A DNA stretch of 62,414 nucleotides, counting the filler, from Candidatus Delongbacteria bacterium (lineage in GTDB: Bacteria > UBA4055): the NCBI GenBank assembly GCA_016937995.1. It is 3 parts of 3 records of this genome, joined end to end, with 100 filler letters (N's around TTAATTAATTAA, not from the genome) between each part and the next. Parts side by side here need not be neighbours in the genome. Positions count along the whole stretch, not along the records: positions 55,105 to 62,414 come from JAFGVM010000011.1; 2 more parts are not named here. One strand, written 5' to 3'. This document shows, piece after piece, positions 59,316 through 62,414 of this stretch; position 1 is the stretch's first letter; the number at the start of each line of letters is the position of its first letter. Made by a program: the position numbers and the translations under genes. The notes beneath the pieces were generated by a model, which searched no databases, was not told the DNA's origin, and saw nothing but the letters and a program-made list of their open reading frames with translations.

Positions 59316-59848
59316 TTGCTCTTTTCCTCACTTTTTTCATCATTTATTTCAACTTTTACTTCGGAATCAAAAGCTGATAATATTGCTTCCTCGAACATTT
59401 TTTCTGTTCCTTTCCCATCCTGCTTGAAAACGATTTCTCCTTTCGTGTTCAAAATAAAGGTCACAGGTACTTTAGAAGAACATCCGAAGCTTTTAAATAC
59501 TTTTTTATCACTGTCAAAAAGGACCTGAAAATCAAATCCTTTAGACTTTACAAAACTCTTAGCCTTTTGGATAGCACTTCCTTTATCTATCGTGATAAGG
59601 AGCATACTGAGACCTTTATCCTTGTATTTATTATAAAGGTCATTGAACAACGGCATTTCCTCTTTACATGGAACACACCATGATGCCCAAAAATCAATTA
59701 AGACCGGCCCTTTTGCTAAAACTTCTTCAAGTTTCACTGATTTCCCGTTAATATCTTTCAACTTGAAATCAGGTGCTTTTTTCAGTTCCTCTGAAAATAG
59801 TATAACACTAAAAAAAAGTAGTGCTAACATCACTTTTTTCAATACCAT
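59312..59848 (-). CDS. TlpA/ResA-like thiol-disulfide oxidoreductase
   Basis: Signal peptide, APDFKL.D..G, IDFWASWCVPCKEEMP, VPVTFIL. Confidence 0.93.
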   Translation of the reverse strand: MVLKKVMLALLFFSVILFSEELKKAPDFKLKDINGKSVKLEEVLAKGPVLIDFWASWCVPCKEEMPLFNDLYNKYKDKGLSMLLITIDKGSAIQKAKSFVKSKGFDFQVLFDSDKKVFKSFGCSSKVPVTFILNTKGEIVFKQDGKGTEKMFEEAILSAFDSEVKVEINDEKSEEKSK

Positions 59849-60043
59849 CTTTGATCCTCACATTTAATTTGTGTATGTTCAATTCCTGCAACATAGATAT
59901 TTATCTATATTCTTCCTAGTCCTATAGTATCAAATAAAAAATAAAAAAACAAGGTTAAAGTTAACAAATAATACAGATTTAACTGCGTTACTGCAAGTTC
60001 CTCACAATCAAAATATCCATTGATTGTTTCCAAATAAAACAAA

Positions 60044-60072
60044 TTGACAAATCTGGCTTTGAGGATTATATT
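60044..60072 (+). promoter_or_regulatory. sigma70 promoter
   Basis: TTGACA-17 nt-TATATT upstream of the aminopeptidase. Confidence 0.65.
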
Positions 60073-60120
60073 CTAGGTCTGTTAATTGTCGTATAAAAAT
60101 TTATATAAAGGAGATTAGCA

Positions 60121-61545
60121 ATGGCAAAGGAAAAAAAATCAGATCTCGAAAAATTGGGTGAAAAGCTTCTTTTTACCAAAAAGAACGGGTGGGATGGTCT
60201 TGAAAAAAAGAACTTCGATACTGTAATGGCCCTTTCTGAGGATTACAAAAATTTCCTTAATTCGAGTAAAACTGAAAGAGAGTCCATTGATACTATCGCT
60301 AAACTTGCCAAAAAGTTTGGTTTTGTTGATATCAAAAAAGCTAAGAGAACAGATAAAAAGCTTTTTATCAATTATGATGGTGTTGCCGGTTCATTGGTCT
60401 ATGTAAAAGACCCAAAGAAATTTCATGAGGGTTTCCTTATGAATGGAGCTCATATAGACGTTCCGAGAATCGATCTTAAACAGAACCCGCTTTATGAAGA
60501 TGAAGATATGGCTTACATGAAAACTCACTATTATGGTGGAATAAAAAAATACCAGTGGGTAACCAGACCTTTAGCTCTTCATGGAGTTATTATTCTTGAA
60601 AATGGTAAAACTGTAAAAGTAAATATCGGTGAAAAAGATACAGATCCGGTATTTACAATCAATGATCTGCTTCCTCATCTTGCTCAGGACCAGTACAAAA
60701 AAACTCCTGCGACTGTTGTTGAAGGTGAACAGCTGAATATTCTTGTAGGATCTATACCCTACAAATTCAAGCATGAAAAAAATGCCGTAAAATTAGCTAT
60801 ACTCGATCATTTGAATAAAGAGTATGGTATAGTTGAAGAGGATTTTGTAAGTGCTGAATTACAATTAGTTCCTGCCGGAAATGCCAGGGATATAGGATTT
60901 GACAGAAGCTTTGTCGGATCTCACGGTCATGATGACAGGATCTGTGCATATCTTGGAATGAAAGCTATCTTAGACATTAAAGAGAAGGATATTAAGAAGA
61001 ATTTAATGATGATCTTCTTTGATAAGGAAGAGATCGGTTCTGCCGGAAATGCCGGTGCGGATTCTAATATTGTTGAAAGAATGGTCAATGATGTTCTACA
61101 GCTGAACGGAAACAAAGATTACAATGTCCTGATAAAAGCACTTGAGAACTCCAAACTACTTTCATCTGATGTAAATGCCGGAATTGATCCTGCCTGGAAG
61201 AGTGTGAATGAACCAATGAACGCTGCTAAGATCGGTTACGGAGTTTGTTTGACTAAATTCACTGGATCAGGAGGTAAAGGTGGTTCTAATGAAGCTCATG
61301 CTGAATTTGTAGCTGATGTAAGAAAAGCTTTCAACAAAGACGGCGTTCTATGGCAAACTACAGAACTTGGAAAAGTGGATCAAGGTGGTGGTGGTACTAT
61401 CGCAAAATATTTGGCTTCTTACGGAATGGATGTGGTTGACTGCGGAACAGCATTGCTTTCTATGCACGCTCCATTCGAAATTGCTTCAAAAATAGATATT
61501 TATCACACTTACAAAGCGTATCTTGCTTTCTACAAATACTTGTAG
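60121..61545 (+). CDS. M18 family aminopeptidase
   Basis: KTERE, AHIDVPR, HYYGGIKKYQW, DDR, DKEEIGS, GGGGTIA, LSMHAP. Confidence 0.93.
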   Translation: MAKEKKSDLEKLGEKLLFTKKNGWDGLEKKNFDTVMALSEDYKNFLNSSKTERESIDTIAKLAKKFGFVDIKKAKRTDKKLFINYDGVAGSLVYVKDPKKFHEGFLMNGAHIDVPRIDLKQNPLYEDEDMAYMKTHYYGGIKKYQWVTRPLALHGVIILENGKTVKVNIGEKDTDPVFTINDLLPHLAQDQYKKTPATVVEGEQLNILVGSIPYKFKHEKNAVKLAILDHLNKEYGIVEEDFVSAELQLVPAGNARDIGFDRSFVGSHGHDDRICAYLGMKAILDIKEKDIKKNLMMIFFDKEEIGSAGNAGADSNIVERMVNDVLQLNGNKDYNVLIKALENSKLLSSDVNAGIDPAWKSVNEPMNAAKIGYGVCLTKFTGSGGKGGSNEAHAEFVADVRKAFNKDGVLWQTTELGKVDQGGGGTIAKYLASYGMDVVDCGTALLSMHAPFEIASKIDIYHTYKAYLAFYKYL

Positions 61546-61572
61546 TAAGGAGCAGTTTATTGATTTCACATG

Positions 61573-61602
61573 AAAAGGGTATCAAAATCGGTACCCTTTT
61601 TT
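61573..61602 (+). terminator. Rho-independent terminator
   Basis: AAAAGGGTATC..GGTACCCTTTTTT. Confidence 0.75.
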
Positions 61603-61616
61603 ATTGAAAAAACATT

Positions 61617-62372
61617 TTGAATATATATATTTCGTTAATGAAAAAAGAAAATATAAAGATAATACTCTCAAGAACTTGGTCACCAGGCAATATTGGCTCA
61701 ATACTAAGGTCTATGAAAAATTTTGATTTTAGCAACATTGTCGCTGTTGATCAGATAAATTTTGATGATATAGAAATGAACATAATGGCTGCCGGAGCTA
61801 AGGATCATATCAGATATTTAAGAAATAGTGATGATCTTAAAACAGAGGTCGAGAGTTGCAATGTTGTTTATGCTTTCACTGCAAGAAAAAGAAAATATTA
61901 TAAATATCTTACACCCAAGTCTATGGCTAACGAGATCATTCAATTAGGAAATGATGTAAAGGTCGGCTTACTGTTTGGTAATGAAACTAATGGTCTGACA
62001 AATGATGAAACAGACCTGGCGGATAAGCTAGTTTGTATCCCTACGTCTGAAAAATACTCTTCCATGAATCTTGCAAGTGCTGTAATGATAGCTCTCTACG
62101 AATTAAGCAACTCACTCTCAGTAGGCATTAGATCTGAGTTCAGTGAAGATCTTATCAATTTGAAAGAAAAAGAAGAACTTTTTAACATTACCTCATCTCT
62201 TGTAAGTCAGAAATTGATGCATAAATCAAATAATCAGAAGAAGATAAGGGAAAATATCAGGCATCTTCTTAAGAGGGTCAATCTAAATAAAAAAGAAATT
62301 GGCTTCATAAGAAGTATCATCAAGATTATTGATATAAACATTCCTGAACCTGAACAGGATAATAATAACTGA
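61617..62372 (+). CDS. SPOUT RNA methyltransferase, TrmJ/LasT-like
   Basis: PGNIGSILRSMKNF, FTAR.R, LFGNETNGL, IPT...YSSMNLASAV. Confidence 0.85.
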   Translation: MNIYISLMKKENIKIILSRTWSPGNIGSILRSMKNFDFSNIVAVDQINFDDIEMNIMAAGAKDHIRYLRNSDDLKTEVESCNVVYAFTARKRKYYKYLTPKSMANEIIQLGNDVKVGLLFGNETNGLTNDETDLADKLVCIPTSEKYSSMNLASAVMIALYELSNSLSVGIRSEFSEDLINLKEKEELFNITSSLVSQKLMHKSNNQKKIRENIRHLLKRVNLNKKEIGFIRSIIKIIDINIPEPEQDNNN

Positions 62373-62414
62373 CTTGATACAAGCCTTAAAATCCTTTCAA
62401 AAAATACTTGACAA

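Noticed and set aside
1-62414. tRNA (including tRNA-Sec), rRNA, cas genes or intact transposases
   Set aside because: None recognised by eye; tRNAscan-SE/Infernal would be needed to exclude them formally

Overview
AT-rich (roughly one-third GC by eye) bacterial DNA in standard code 11. The many proteins ending in 'NYPNPFNP...KKMMLLK' sorting domains point to an FCB-group diderm (Ca. Delongbacteria/Cloacimonadota-like; inference). Two artificial N-TTAATTAATTAA-N linkers (27105-27203, 55005-55103) split the window into three contigs. Contig 1: T9SS-type cargo genes (one broken by an in-frame TGA at a Gly position), leuS, an M42/hslR/ABC operon, a TolC-MFP-two-RND efflux operon laced with REP-like palindromes, toxin-antitoxin-like pairs, and the decayed relic of a radical-SAM RiPP cluster. 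Contig 2: hutH, coaE with an MFP/ABC exporter, a creD module with a duplicated operator, htpG with a sigma54-type promoter, a csp gene, and a secreted deiminase / M14 carboxypeptidase / membrane spermidine-synthase-like operon. Contig 3 holds the main finding: a four-gene envelope redox operon (TlpA-like CxxC protein, lipoprotein, DUF6029-like outer-membrane barrel with a C-terminal CSGGAC, and a T9SS cargo protein). In two of these genes the ORF track is split by an in-frame TGA exactly at the first position of a thioredoxin UxxC motif, each followed by a SECIS-like hairpin. These are two unannotated candidate exported selenoproteins. No Sec machinery genes are in the window.
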